24,169 nt of DNA from Acidimicrobiia bacterium (GCA_041576165.1 JBFGLM010000064.1:1-24169); one strand, 5' to 3'. Shown: positions 1 through 10,700, counted from the stretch's first letter. The notes: generated by a model not told the origin, from the sequence alone. A program made the numbers and translations.

Positions 1-1
1 C

Positions 2-334
2 ATCCTCCTAGCCGAGGCACCGCAGCCGGTCGGGTTGGGACGCTTGATAGAGGAAGTGTGGGGCCAGTCACCGCCCGACGATCCCGAGGCCGCATTACAC
101 AATCTCATCTCTCGCTTGCGCCGGCTCACCGGCGACGACTTTGGCGATCACATGCGGAGCGGCCAGGCCGAGATGAACCGACCCTGGTTCCTCACGGCGT
201 TGGGGAGCGTCGAAGCACGCTCAATTCGATCCGCCGTCGAAACAGCCGAAAACGCTCCCTCTCCGGCTTCGTTCGGAGCTGATCCAACGGCTCGACGGAG
301 ACACATGTCAGATATCGGACCATCGACCGGATGA
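2..334 (+). pseudogene. Fragment of a SARP/AfsR-type regulator (OmpR-like winged-helix part), 5' end outside the window, apparently lacking the BTAD domain
   Basis: Frame 2 is open from the window edge and reads ILLAEAPQPVGLGRLIEEVWGQSPPDDPEAALHNLISRLRRLTG, a typical SARP wHTH signature. The rest does not resemble BTAD and the frame stops at 334. Confidence 0.55.
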
Positions 335-590
335 GATCTGTAGAGTCCGCCACGGTACGGGGGGGCCGGAGCGGCCCGCGGAGACCGGTATCGCGGCGTG
401 GGGAGGCGATCATCTGTCCGGATCTGGATGCTGGAGGTTCGCCGCTGCCACGCGAGCCCGGCGCCCGGCAGTGTGTAACGCCGGTCGTTCCCGCCACCCC
501 AGGCGGTCCACCCCTTCGTGACCTCATGGACAAGTTGCAGCGGACGAGCTCGCCTTCGGGAGGGAATCGTCAGGGAGGAGAAACGGGAGT

Positions 591-2495
591 ATGCAGCTAA
601 CGAGAAGCAATAGGCGGACGCTCACCGTTGGGACGATCGTCGCCATGGTGACGGCCATGCTGCCGCTGCTGGTGGCTACCCCGGCCCGCGCCAGCGGGCA
701 TCCTGTCGTCACAATCATGGACATACAGGACAAGGCCCATACGTCGCCATTCGAAGGCGTATTCGTGGAGACGACTGGGGTCGTCACTGCCCACACATTC
801 GACGGCTACTACGTACAGGACATGGCCGGCGACGGCGACCCCGACACATCGGACGGAATGTTCGTGCGGCAGTTCGGGGACAAACCGGCCATCGGTGATG
901 TGGTCGTGCTGATGGACTTTGTCGAGGAAAATGTTCCCGGTGGCTGCGGCACAGGGAACCTGTCTACGACACGAATGAACTTTCCGACTTGGTCGCCGGC
1001 GGGGACCGCGCCACTCCCGGCGCCGCAGGTGATCGGCACCAGCGGTCGCATCCCGCCGGCCGTGGACGTCATAAGCAGCGACGAGGAGCCGGTCAACCTC
1101 CAGCCCTCCTTCTGCCCGGGCGGCGGCGGGACGAGCACGTTCGACCCGGCCAGCGACGGCATCGATTTCTATGAGAGCCTCGAAGGCATGCTGGTCACGG
1201 TCGAAGATCCGGTCGCTGTTTCAGGTACCCGCACGTTCAACGCGTTCAGCAGCGAGATGTTCACGCTGACCAACAACGGCGCCAACATCGCGCCGGCGGA
1301 CGCCCGCACGGCCCGGGGCGGCATCAACCTGCAGCCGTCACCGACCAACACCGGCGACCAGAACCCTGAGCGTGTGCAGATCCAGTTCGATCCGACCGTC
1401 TCGGGAGGCGCCTCAGTACCGGCCATCACAGTGGGAGATGTGCTCGGCGATGTCACCGGCGTCGTCGGTTATAGCTTCGGCAACTTCGAAGTGATCGCCA
1501 CCGGGCAGGTGACCTTCTCCTCCGGGGGCCTCGGCGTCGAGAGCACCTCGCTGGTTCCGGTGCAGAAGGAAGTGACGGTGGCCAGCTACAACGTGCTCAA
1601 CCTGGACGCCACTTCGGCGGACGATGCGCAGCGGGCGACGCTGGCCGGCCACATCGCCAACAACCTGGGATCCCCCGACGTGATCGCCGTGCAGGAGATC
1701 CAGGACAACAACGGAACGGTCAACGACGGCACCACCGACGCCACCGAGACCTTGCAGAAGCTGGTCGACGCGATCGCCGCCGCCGGCGGCCCGACGTACG
1801 ACTTCTTCGACGTGGCCCCGGCCAACAACACGTCCGGAGGTGTGCCCGGCGGCAACATCCGGAATGCGTTCCTGTACAACGCCGACCGGGTGAAGCTGGT
1901 CGACTTCATGTCGCTCACACCAGCCAACCTGACGGAGTTCGGTGTCTCGGACCCGAACGCATTCGCCGGCACCCGCAACCCGCTGGCCGCCACGTTCAAG
2001 TTCCGGGGCAAGGAGTTCACGGTGATCAACAATCACCTGACCTCCCGGTTCGGATCGAGCCCGGTGTTCGGTGGGCCGCAGCCGTTCGTGCAGGCGGGAG
2101 AGACCGAGCGGGCCGCCCAGACCGGGGCGCTGAACGAAGTGGTCGATGCCTTCCTGGACGAAGGACGCGGCAACGAGTTCCACGCCAGCAAGTCGGGACG
2201 GATCATCGTCACCGGTGACCTCAACACGATGGAGTTCACCGACGACATCACCGACATCCTGCCCGGGCCCGACCAGGTGCTGACCAACCTCATCGACGGG
2301 TTGACCGACGACAACGTGTATACGTTCAACTTCGAGGGCAACTCGCAGGTGCTCGATCACATGCTGGTCACCAACAACCTGGCGAGCGCGGCGGAGTTCG
2401 ACATCGTGCATGTCAATGTCGACTTCCCACGGGTCAGTCCGGCGTTTGGCAGCGACCACGAGCCATTGGTTGGACGGTTTGATCTGAACCCGTAG
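591..2495 (+). CDS. Secreted endonuclease/exonuclease/phosphatase (EEP) family nuclease with N-terminal OB-fold region (ExeM/YhcR-like)
   Basis: Signal peptide ending PARA-S; OB-like GVVTA...GYYVQD; EEP motifs SYNVLN, AVQEIQD, NNH, GDLN, QVLDH, SDHEP; AGGAG and GGGAG RBS candidates upstream. Confidence 0.9.
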   Translation: MQLTRSNRRTLTVGTIVAMVTAMLPLLVATPARASGHPVVTIMDIQDKAHTSPFEGVFVETTGVVTAHTFDGYYVQDMAGDGDPDTSDGMFVRQFGDKPAIGDVVVLMDFVEENVPGGCGTGNLSTTRMNFPTWSPAGTAPLPAPQVIGTSGRIPPAVDVISSDEEPVNLQPSFCPGGGGTSTFDPASDGIDFYESLEGMLVTVEDPVAVSGTRTFNAFSSEMFTLTNNGANIAPADARTARGGINLQPSPTNTGDQNPERVQIQFDPTVSGGASVPAITVGDVLGDVTGVVGYSFGNFEVIATGQVTFSSGGLGVESTSLVPVQKEVTVASYNVLNLDATSADDAQRATLAGHIANNLGSPDVIAVQEIQDNNGTVNDGTTDATETLQKLVDAIAAAGGPTYDFFDVAPANNTSGGVPGGNIRNAFLYNADRVKLVDFMSLTPANLTEFGVSDPNAFAGTRNPLAATFKFRGKEFTVINNHLTSRFGSSPVFGGPQPFVQAGETERAAQTGALNEVVDAFLDEGRGNEFHASKSGRIIVTGDLNTMEFTDDITDILPGPDQVLTNLIDGLTDDNVYTFNFEGNSQVLDHMLVTNNLASAAEFDIVHVNVDFPRVSPAFGSDHEPLVGRFDLNP

Positions 2496-2515
2496 CGGCC
2501 GGTAGGCCAAGCACT

Positions 2516-2552
2516 CAGCGGGCGGGCGGTTCGGGGGGACGCCCGCCCGCTG
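2516..2552. terminator. GC-rich hairpin between convergent genes, probable bidirectional terminator
   Basis: CAGCGGGCGGGCG (2516-2528) pairs perfectly with CGCCCGCCCGCTG (2540-2552), between the stop codons at 2495 and 2570. Confidence 0.7.
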
Positions 2553-2569
2553 CTGCATCGCCGCGGATC

Positions 2570-2962
2570 CTACGCCCCCCGCTGCGAAGCGATTTGGATC
2601 AGATTGCCGCAGGTGTCATCGAACACCGCAATCGTCACGTCGCCCATCTCGAAGGGCTCCTGGGTAAAGCTGACGCCGAGTCCGGCGAGCCGTTCGGCTT
2701 CGGCTTGCACGTCGTCCACCGCGAAAGAGGCGGCGGGAATGCCATCATCCACCAGCGCCTTTTTGAAGGGCCGCACCGCCGGGTGCTCGTCGGGCTCCAA
2801 GAGCAGTTCCGGGCCGTCGGGATCATCGGGTGAAACGACCGTCAGCCAACGGAACTCGCCGACCGGCACGTCGGTCTTTTGCACGAAGCCCAGCACCTCG
2901 GTGTAGAACGCCAGCGCCTTGGCCTGGTCGTCCACGAACACCTGAGTCAGGTTGATTCTCAC
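2570..2962 (-). CDS. VOC family (glyoxalase/bleomycin-resistance) protein
   Basis: RINLTQVFVDDQAKALAFYTEVLGF...FDDTCGNLIQI; GTG start at 2962 is preceded by GGGAGG, so it is preferred over 2980. Confidence 0.9.
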   Translation of the reverse strand: MRINLTQVFVDDQAKALAFYTEVLGFVQKTDVPVGEFRWLTVVSPDDPDGPELLLEPDEHPAVRPFKKALVDDGIPAASFAVDDVQAEAERLAGLGVSFTQEPFEMGDVTIAVFDDTCGNLIQIASQRGA

Positions 2963-3067
2963 ACAGCCTCCCATCCGCAACTCTGGTCGGCATGATCGCA
3001 GGCGCGACGCAACCCGGCCTCCTCCCGTCCGCTACATTCCCGTCACTGGCACCGTGGGGAGGCAACA

Positions 3068-5335
3068 GTGACCGTGGTGGATCGACCGGCGCCGTTCATT
3101 CGGCCCGATGGCAAGGAGAAGGTGACGGGCACCGGCCGCTACACCGCCGACCTGAACCTGACCGGCCAGGCGCACGCCAAGTTCCGGTACACCGACCATC
3201 CCCATGCCCGCATTCTGCGGGTCGACACCAGCGCCGCCCGGGAGCTGCAGGGCGTCTTCGCGGTGCTCACTCAGGACGACGTACCGCACGTTCGCTACGG
3301 CGGTATGGCCAAGGACCGCTACCTGTTCGCTAAGGATGTCGTCCGCTGGGAGGGCGAGGTGGTCGCGGCGGTGGCGGCCGCCCCTCCGGAGATCGCGGCC
3401 CGGGCCGCCGAGCTGATCGATGTCGAATACGAGGTCCTTCCGCCCCTGCCCGATTTCGTCGCCAACATGCAAGAAGGGGCACCGCTGGTGCATACCGACT
3501 GGGAGTCGTACCGCGCCGACGACTCGCTGAACCGTTCCGGCAACATTCTGGGCCACTCGTCCATCGTCAAGGGCGACGCCGACGCCGCCATGGCCAAAGC
3601 CGACGCCGTGGTCAAGAGCCGCTACGTCAGCGACGCCTCCCAAGGGCTGCCGATCGAACCGCGCGCGATCCTTGCCGAGTGGAACGGCGACCGGGTCACG
3701 ATCTGGTCGTCCACCCAGGTGCCGTTTGCGGCCCGGAGCGGCGTGGCGACCACCCTGCAGATGTCCGAGTCGAAGGTGCGGGTGATCGTCCCGCTGCTCG
3801 GCGGAGGGTTCGGCTCGAAATGCGATTTCCACTTCGAGGCCCACGTTGCCGCCCTGGCCAGAGCGGCCCGGCGCCCGGTCAAGCTGGTGTTCTCCCGCGA
3901 AGAGGAGTTCATCGCGCCCGACCATCGCCGGGAAGGCATGGTGATCGAACTGGAAACCGGCGTCCGGCGCGACGGCACGATCGTGGCGCGCCGCGGCACC
4001 CTGGTCCTCGACTCCGGCGCCTACTGCGGGGAAGGGGGCTTTTTCGCCCAGATGGCGGCGATGCACGTCTGCGGCCCCTACCAGCTGGAGAACGTCAACA
4101 TCCACTCCTACCTCAACTATTCGACCAACCAGCCGTCCAGCTCCGTCCGGGCACCAACTGCGCCCCAAGCGTGCTGGGCGCTCGAACAGCACATGGACGA
4201 AGTGGCGGCGGCCATCGACATGGACCCGGCCGAGCTGCGGCGTCGAACCCTGATCGAGGAGGGCGCCCACGGTCCCACCGGCCAGGTATTCGAGAAGATC
4301 GGGGCCAAGGAAACGCTCGAAGCGGCGTTAGAGATGATCGGCTACGGCCAGGACCTGCCCGACGACGAAGGCATCGGCATCGCATGTGGCTGGTGGCCCT
4401 GTTTCGGATCGCCGTCGGGCGCCTACGTGAAGCTCAACGAGGACGGCACCGGAACGATCATCACCGGTGCGATGGAGTCGGGCACCGGCGCCGTCATGGG
4501 CCTCCCCATCCTGGCAGCCGAGGTCCTTGGCATGCGGCCCGAAGATTTCTCGATCACCTATCAGGACACCGACGTCGGGCCATGGGACATGGGCTCGTCC
4601 GGTTCCCAAACCACTTTCAACAACGGGCGAGCGGTGGTGGAGGCCGCCAAGGAGGTGCGCGACCGGCTGCTCGACCTCGGCGCGATCCACTTCGAGGCCA
4701 GCCGCGACGACCTCGAGCTGGTCGACGGCCAGGTACGGGTCAAGGGTTCACCCACCTCGACGGTGGAGATCGCCAAACTCGCCGGCGGCGGTGATCCGAT
4801 TCTGGGCAAAGGCTTCGGCGAGATTCCGGAAAACCCGCCGGTCGACACCTCCTACTGCGTAGGGGTCATCGGAGTCGAATCCTTTCTCGCGCCGCAGCTG
4901 ATAACCCACGCCGCCCGGGTCAAGATCGACCGGGCCACCGGTGTGGTGCGGGTGCTGGCCATCGCGGCTGCTCACGACTCGGGCGTGATCATCAACCGCA
5001 TCGGCGCCGACGGTCAGGTTTATGGCGGGGTCATGATGGGAGTCGGCCAGGCCCTGTCGGAGGTGTCGATGTTCGACGAGGAAGGCCGCCAGCGGAACCC
5101 GGCGCTGCTCGACTACAAGCTCCAGACGGTGGCCGACGCTCCGGCGATCGACATCCGCTGGATCGAGATCGCCACCCCCAACGCCGGACCCAAAGGCTCG
5201 AAGGGTGTGGGCGAACCGCCCAGCGTTCCCACCCCGGGCGCGATCGGCAACGCCATCGCCCAGGTCATCGGGCGCCACGTCGCCCAGCTCCCCATGACCC
5301 CTGAGCGGGTGTGGGCGACGATCCAGGAATCCTGA
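3068..5335 (+). CDS. Xanthine dehydrogenase family molybdopterin-binding (large) subunit
   Basis: KVTGTGRYTADL, STQVPF, GGGFGSK, GQVYGG, DYKL and KGVGEP motifs; GGGGAGG RBS. Confidence 0.92.
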   Translation: MTVVDRPAPFIRPDGKEKVTGTGRYTADLNLTGQAHAKFRYTDHPHARILRVDTSAARELQGVFAVLTQDDVPHVRYGGMAKDRYLFAKDVVRWEGEVVAAVAAAPPEIAARAAELIDVEYEVLPPLPDFVANMQEGAPLVHTDWESYRADDSLNRSGNILGHSSIVKGDADAAMAKADAVVKSRYVSDASQGLPIEPRAILAEWNGDRVTIWSSTQVPFAARSGVATTLQMSESKVRVIVPLLGGGFGSKCDFHFEAHVAALARAARRPVKLVFSREEEFIAPDHRREGMVIELETGVRRDGTIVARRGTLVLDSGAYCGEGGFFAQMAAMHVCGPYQLENVNIHSYLNYSTNQPSSSVRAPTAPQACWALEQHMDEVAAAIDMDPAELRRRTLIEEGAHGPTGQVFEKIGAKETLEAALEMIGYGQDLPDDEGIGIACGWWPCFGSPSGAYVKLNEDGTGTIITGAMESGTGAVMGLPILAAEVLGMRPEDFSITYQDTDVGPWDMGSSGSQTTFNNGRAVVEAAKEVRDRLLDLGAIHFEASRDDLELVDGQVRVKGSPTSTVEIAKLAGGGDPILGKGFGEIPENPPVDTSYCVGVIGVESFLAPQLITHAARVKIDRATGVVRVLAIAAAHDSGVIINRIGADGQVYGGVMMGVGQALSEVSMFDEEGRQRNPALLDYKLQTVADAPAIDIRWIEIATPNAGPKGSKGVGEPPSVPTPGAIGNAIAQVIGRHVAQLPMTPERVWATIQES

Positions 5336-5336
5336 G

Positions 5337-6230
5337 ATGATCACCTACCTCGAAGCCGCCAGCGTCGAGCAGGCGGTCGCGGCCATGGCCGACGGTGCTC
5401 GCCCCATCGCCGGCGGTACCGACCTGGTGGTCGGCGCCCGCCAGGGCAAGGCGTCGCTGCCCGAGTCGCTGGTCGGCATCCACCGCATTGCCGGGCTCGA
5501 CACGATCACCGCCGAGGAAGCCGGGTGGCGGCTGGGAGCGCTCGTAACCCATCAGGCCATCGTCGAGCACCCCAACATCAGAGCCGACTACACCGCACTG
5601 GCGGACGGTTCGGCCATCGTCGGGTCGCACGCAACCCGGGTACACGGGACAATTGGCGGCAACGTCATGAACGCCTCCCCGGCGATGGACACCGGTGCGC
5701 CGCTGCTGTGCTTCGGCGCGACGGCCACCTTGCACGGACCGGACGATTCCCGGGTGGTCGACCTGGCCGACCTGTGGACCGGACCCGGCGAAACCTCGGC
5801 TGCGCCGGACGAGCTGCTCACCTCCGTGGTGTTACCGCCGCCGCTCCCCGGTACCGGCAGCGCGTACGTTCGGCTCCAGTATCGCCGCCAGATGGAAATC
5901 GCAGTGGTGGGCGCGGCGGCAGCAGTGACGCTGGAGGGCGATACGGTGACCGACGCCCGGATAGCGATCGCCGCTTTGTCGCCCGTCATCATGCGGATCG
6001 CCGGCGCCGAACAAGCATTGATCGGCTCCCTGGCCGAGAACTCTGCGGTGGCGCAAGCGGCCCAGGCGGCCGCCGCCGCGGCCTCGCCGATCTCCGACGT
6101 CCGGGCGTCCGCCGACTACCGCCGAGCAATGGCCGCGGTCATGACCCGCCGGGCAATCCAGACCGCGGTCGCCCGGGCCCAGGGCCACGATATACCCATC
6201 CCCGCCAGCGACACCACGTTCGGGAGCTGA
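5337..6230 (+). CDS. Xanthine dehydrogenase family FAD-binding (medium) subunit
   Basis: IAGGTDL, TIGGNVMNASPAMD and PISDVRASADYR motifs; starts 1 nt after the large-subunit stop. Confidence 0.92.
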   Translation: MITYLEAASVEQAVAAMADGARPIAGGTDLVVGARQGKASLPESLVGIHRIAGLDTITAEEAGWRLGALVTHQAIVEHPNIRADYTALADGSAIVGSHATRVHGTIGGNVMNASPAMDTGAPLLCFGATATLHGPDDSRVVDLADLWTGPGETSAAPDELLTSVVLPPPLPGTGSAYVRLQYRRQMEIAVVGAAAAVTLEGDTVTDARIAIAALSPVIMRIAGAEQALIGSLAENSAVAQAAQAAAAAASPISDVRASADYRRAMAAVMTRRAIQTAVARAQGHDIPIPASDTTFGS

Positions 6231-6232
6231 GC

Positions 6233-6700
6233 ATGCGCTATCCCATCACCCTCATCGTCAACGGCACTGCCTACCCGATCGAGGTCCCGGCCGACAAGAG
6301 TTTGCTCTATGCGGTCCGTGACGACGTCGGTCTGACCGGCTCCAAGGAGGGGTGCGACGACTCGGAGTGCGGCGCCTGCATGATGCTCCTCGACGGCCGA
6401 CCGGTGAACTCGTGCTCGTACCTGGCCGTGCAAGCAGACGGTTCGAGCGTCACCACGGTGGAGGGCCTGGCCGCCGGCGGGCTCGATCTCTCGCCGCTGC
6501 AAGCAGCCTTCTTGACCGAAGGCGGGGTGCAGTGCGGCTTCTGCACCCCGGGCATGCTGATATCGGCGACTGCGCTGCTGACCGCAAACCCCAACCCGTC
6601 CGAGGACGAAATCCGCATCGGTTTGTCGGGCAACCTGTGCCGGTGCACCGGCTACGAAGGCATAGTCCGCGCGGTCCAGCAGGTGGCCCAACAGGAGTGA
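6233..6700 (+). CDS. Xanthine dehydrogenase family 2x[2Fe-2S] (small) subunit
   Basis: GSKEGCDDSECGAC, QCGFCTPG and GNLCRCTGY; the real start is the ATG at 6233 (MRYPITLIVNG), inside the track ORF 5525-6700. Confidence 0.93.
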   Translation: MRYPITLIVNGTAYPIEVPADKSLLYAVRDDVGLTGSKEGCDDSECGACMMLLDGRPVNSCSYLAVQADGSSVTTVEGLAAGGLDLSPLQAAFLTEGGVQCGFCTPGMLISATALLTANPNPSEDEIRIGLSGNLCRCTGYEGIVRAVQQVAQQE

Positions 6701-6806
6701 ACGGCAACCGCAAGCCCCAGCCGGCGGTCGACGGCGCGGGCCGGGCTAGCACGGTGCAGGCGTCGGCGGGTAGGTCTCGGGATGAGGTTTCGTCGGGTGG
6801 CGATCG

Positions 6807-7010
6807 CCCCCTCCCATGATTTCCCGGGCGGGGGAGGCGGATTCGGCGACGAATAGGAGCCGCAGCCGGAGAGGGAGCGCGGCACGGCGCGACGAGATGG
6901 CGCCCTCCACGATTTCCACCCCGCGGCGGGCGGAGGACATGTGACCGTTACGTGCCGCAAGAGAACGCCCTCTCCGCCCCTTCAGGGCACCTCCCCTTTC
7001 CGGGGGACGG
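6807..7010. repeat. Inverted pair of REP-like palindromic elements in a convergent intergenic region
   Basis: GGGGAGG (6831-6837)...CGGAGAGGG (6867-6875) is mirrored by CCCTCTCCG (6968-6976)...CCTCCCC (6990-6996); each copy has small internal hairpins. Confidence 0.45.
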
Positions 7011-7036
7011 AGCGCGGGTGGATTCGGCGCGGACGA

Positions 7037-7687
7037 TCACATACCTGGCAATCCGATAGTCAGGTACGCCAACCCGACCACCACGAGCAGTGGGACCGCC
7101 AGCACCACTCGTTTGACCAGGGTTGGAGCGGGCACGCCCTGGACCCGGGGAGCGAACGTCACCGAAAACGCCCAGGCCTCCAACGCAATCATGGGGGCGT
7201 ACCAGACGGATGCGATCGCCATCTCGGTCGTGGTCATGCGCCAGTTGTCACCGAACGCCGATTGCAGGACGGGGATCTGAATAGCGGCCGCCGCCAACAG
7301 CAACAAAGGTCGGAGCCAGCGGGGGCGTGGCCGAGCGAAACCGATCGCGCCCAGGATCACCGACGGCCACATAACCGCCCCGCCTGCCCCGAGCAAGACC
7401 AAGCTAAGCGCCGACAGTCGCCACCATCCCACGCCGCCCGCACGGCGCCGCCACCACGCCACGCCCAGCAGCGAACCGACAATCACGCTGGCTCCCAGAA
7501 TGAAGAGGGTTCCCGACCAGGAAAACTCGGGGTGCGCCGAGATGTACCTCATCCACACCCGCATAGCCACGCCCCACACCAGCCCGACTGCGGCACCCGT
7601 GAATATCGGATGAAGACGAGCCCTACGTGATAGCACCTCAATCGCTGAATCGACCACCACCAGGCTCCTTCGACTAGGTCCGTTCAT
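7037..7687 (-). CDS. Hypothetical multi-pass membrane protein
   Basis: Several hydrophobic segments (GAAVGLVWGVAMRVWMR, FSWSGTLFILG...). ATG 7687 chosen because it lies 6 nt after a CGTC -10 element, suggesting a leaderless mRNA. Confidence 0.75.
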   Translation of the reverse strand: MNGPSRRSLVVVDSAIEVLSRRARLHPIFTGAAVGLVWGVAMRVWMRYISAHPEFSWSGTLFILGASVIVGSLLGVAWWRRRAGGVGWWRLSALSLVLLGAGGAVMWPSVILGAIGFARPRPRWLRPLLLLAAAAIQIPVLQSAFGDNWRMTTTEMAIASVWYAPMIALEAWAFSVTFAPRVQGVPAPTLVKRVVLAVPLLVVVGLAYLTIGLPGM

Positions 7688-7693
7688 CAAACA

Positions 7694-7721
7694 GACGAGC
7701 CAGCGCTCAGGCTGGGTGACA
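7694..7721 (-). promoter_or_regulatory. Putative ECF sigma promoter TGTCACC-N17-CGTC
   Basis: Minus strand reads TGTCACC-cagcctgagcgctggct-CGTC-tgtttg-ATG; the same motif and spacing occur at 22582-22609. Confidence 0.55.
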
Positions 7722-7748
7722 TACAGGCACACACACCCTCCGATGCCG

Positions 7749-10700
7749 TCACGCCTGGCTGAGGGTGGCCCCGATGCGGGTGGCGCTAGCGGTTGCGCCC
7801 AACTCCCGGTAGATACGCGCAGCGTGGCGAGCCGCCGCGTCGCATTCAGTCGGATCGCGGGTCAACTTCGCTTGGAGCTCCCACAGGCTGGCTTCGTCCC
7901 AGCGTTCGCCCCAACGTTGTGCTCGATCGATACCACGGCGCACGATCCGGAGCGCCTTGCGCCTGCGATCGCGGACCAGCCGGGCGTGGCCGCGCATGAT
8001 CGCGACTCGGGGGCGCGCATACGGAAGAATGATCCCGAAGATGCGCAACTTCAGAATGGCTCGGAAGGCAGCTCGCTTGACGCGTCCGGTGATCAAAGAC
8101 GGTTCCTCATCCCACAGCCGGTAGATCACGGAGAGGGCGCCCGTGTACGCAACGAGCTGAGGGAAGATCGGTGACAGGGCGATTCCGTTCAGCGAATCTA
8201 CCGCCGCCGCCATCGCTGACCGACTGTCCCCGGCGCGGATGAGTGCCTGCGCCCGAGCCGCATGAAGGATCGGGACCGTGGCCTGGTCGGCCGTCCGGAC
8301 CAAGCTGTTTGCTTCGTTCGCCCAGGCCGTCGCTGTCTGGTCGTCTCCAGTTTCGTACAACAGCGGTGTGCCCAGGGCCACCGCCCAAGCGGTGTGCTCG
8401 ATGTTGCGGCGCCGCTCCGCCGAGACTCGTAGCAGCCGGTACTCCTGGCACGCCTCCCCCAGATGACGACTCATCATCAGCGCCTGACCGCGCAGCGCCC
8501 GAACGATCTCCATGGTGTAGTCGTCTCGGCGGAGCCGGCAATTCTGTTCGGCCTCGGCGAACGATGCCATCGCCTCTTTCCATTCGCCGAAGCACAGCTG
8601 GTACGAGCCGCGCGAGTTGGCGGCGGCCACGTCGTGGGGAGGCAGTGCGGCCGACTGTCGCCATTCGTCACCCGTGCCGCGGCTGTCCGCCTTGAGTTCC
8701 TCGGCGGTACGCGCAGCCAAGTTGTAGGTCTCGGCGGCTCGCCGCAGGCGCATGAGCCGGGCACCGTAACTCAGGCTGCTGTAGGCGAGCCCGGCAGCCG
8801 CCGGGCGGCCCGCTCGTTCCGCCAGATTGATCGACAGCAGGTTGAAGAGCGTGAACCGCAGGCTGTCGACGCTGAAGTAGTAGACCTCACCGACAAGCGA
8901 ACAGATGCGCGCAGCGAGCGCTAGTCGAGCCGTGTCCTTGGACGGCGAGACCCGGGTCCGACGGGCGGTCCGGCCGGTCATGTAGTGGAGCACCTGTACG
9001 CACAGCTCCCAAACAACGCGGATGCCGACCGCAGCAGACCGACGGGGCGTCCGAACACGAAGTTCTCTCAGCGCGGTCTGGTGATGGGTTAGCGCTCTCT
9101 CGAGTTCGCCCGTATCCATCAACGCGATCCCGAGTTGAGCATGCCAGTACCCACGCCGGTGCGGCTCGACCGCAGGATCGGCCACCTCCAGCGCCTGCTG
9201 GAAAAGACTGATGGCCTCCCGGCTGGCCCCTCGATCGAGTGCGTCTTCGCCGGCCAGTTCGAGATGATGGATGGCCTCCAGCAGTTTGCCGGCCCGGAGG
9301 GCGTGATAGGCCAGCATGGCGTGTTGGCGGCTGCCGGCATCGGACAGCGCGTCGAACATCGTGGCATGTATCGTCCGCCGCAGCGCATCGGGGATCATGT
9401 CGTAGACCGCTTCCTGGATGAGGGCGTGCCGGAACGAGTACGTGCCGTCGCCGCGAGCGGTGAAAAGTTCGGCCGATACGAGTTCGGCCAAGGTGTCCCC
9501 AAGCCCGCCGCCCGGCGCAGTCGCTCCGAGCGCGACCGCCACCGATTCGGGCGAGAAGGTGCGGCCGAGAGTGCTGGCGGTCTTCAGCGTCAGCTCGGCC
9601 GTGGGCGTGAGCCGGTCCAGCCGGCTCGCCACCAGACCGTGGACCGAGTTGGTCAACCGGATATCCGCCGGCCATTCGCCTGCAGCCGTGCGGGAGTCCC
9701 TGATGGCGATCGCCAGCTGCTCGGTCAGCAACGGGTTGCCGCCCGCCTTGTCGGCAATGGCGTCCGCCACCTCGTCGGGCAATTCGTCAACCCCCAGCTC
9801 GCGCGCCGCCAATTGCGCCGCCTGGCGATCGGAGAGGCTCGCTGGCCGCCACACCACCGGCGGTTCAACTTGAGTCCAGGTGATCCCGGGCGCCGGCGAC
9901 TCGTCCCGGCTGGCTGTCACGGTGAGGACCGGCTGCACACCCGCCACCGCCTCGCGGAGCAGGCTGAGAGATGCTGCGTCGAGCCAATGGGTATCGTCGA
10001 AAATCAGCAACAGCGGAGCCTTGTGGGCGGCCCGCCGGAGAAGCGCCAGCACTGCAGAGGATACGGCCTGCTTGCGAGCAGTAGCCGCCAGCCGCACGGT
10101 GGCCGGACTGTCTTCCAGGCCCAGATCCAGGAGGGGATCGAGCGCCGGACTCATCTCGTTCATCCCGCCGAGGGTGGCGAGGAAGGCGTGCGCTGCTTCC
10201 CGCCGCTCCGCCTGGGATGCCGCCGCACCCAGATCTAGCAGGTCACGCACGATCATCCTCCAACCGCTGTACGGGCTGTTACGGAGGATCGGGTCGCCCG
10301 CGCCGACGAGCGGGCGCAGACCGGCGTCCTCGCCGCGAGTGATAGCTTCCCGCAAGAGTCGGGTCTTACCAATGCCCGGTTCGCCGATGATCGTGACCAG
10401 CCGGGAACGGCCGGACCGGCCCACATCCGCAATCAGCTGATCCAGTAGGGCGAGTTCCCGCTCCCGCCCGATGGTGGTTGCCACCGTTTCGTGGTCCAGG
10501 ACCGCTTCCGCGGCCGTCGTCTGCCACAGCGGGCGCCAGGCGGTGGTGTGCGGGCCGGCCTTGGTGACAACATCCGGCCGCCGCGAGAATTTCACACGAG
10601 TTTGGGCAGCTGAGACGGAATCGCTGTCTACAAGAACTTCATTGTGCGAAGCCTGCATCAGCCCCGCTGCGCGGTTCATCACCGATCCAATCGTGGTGTA

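Noticed and set aside
543-571. C(UUCG)G hairpin in the nuclease leader as a riboswitch
   Set aside because: Only a short imperfect stem is present, with no aptamer consensus I recognise.
3068-5335. Aerobic CO dehydrogenase CoxL
   Set aside because: The AYxCSFR signature is absent, the order is L-M-S rather than M-S-L, and no cox accessory genes are present.
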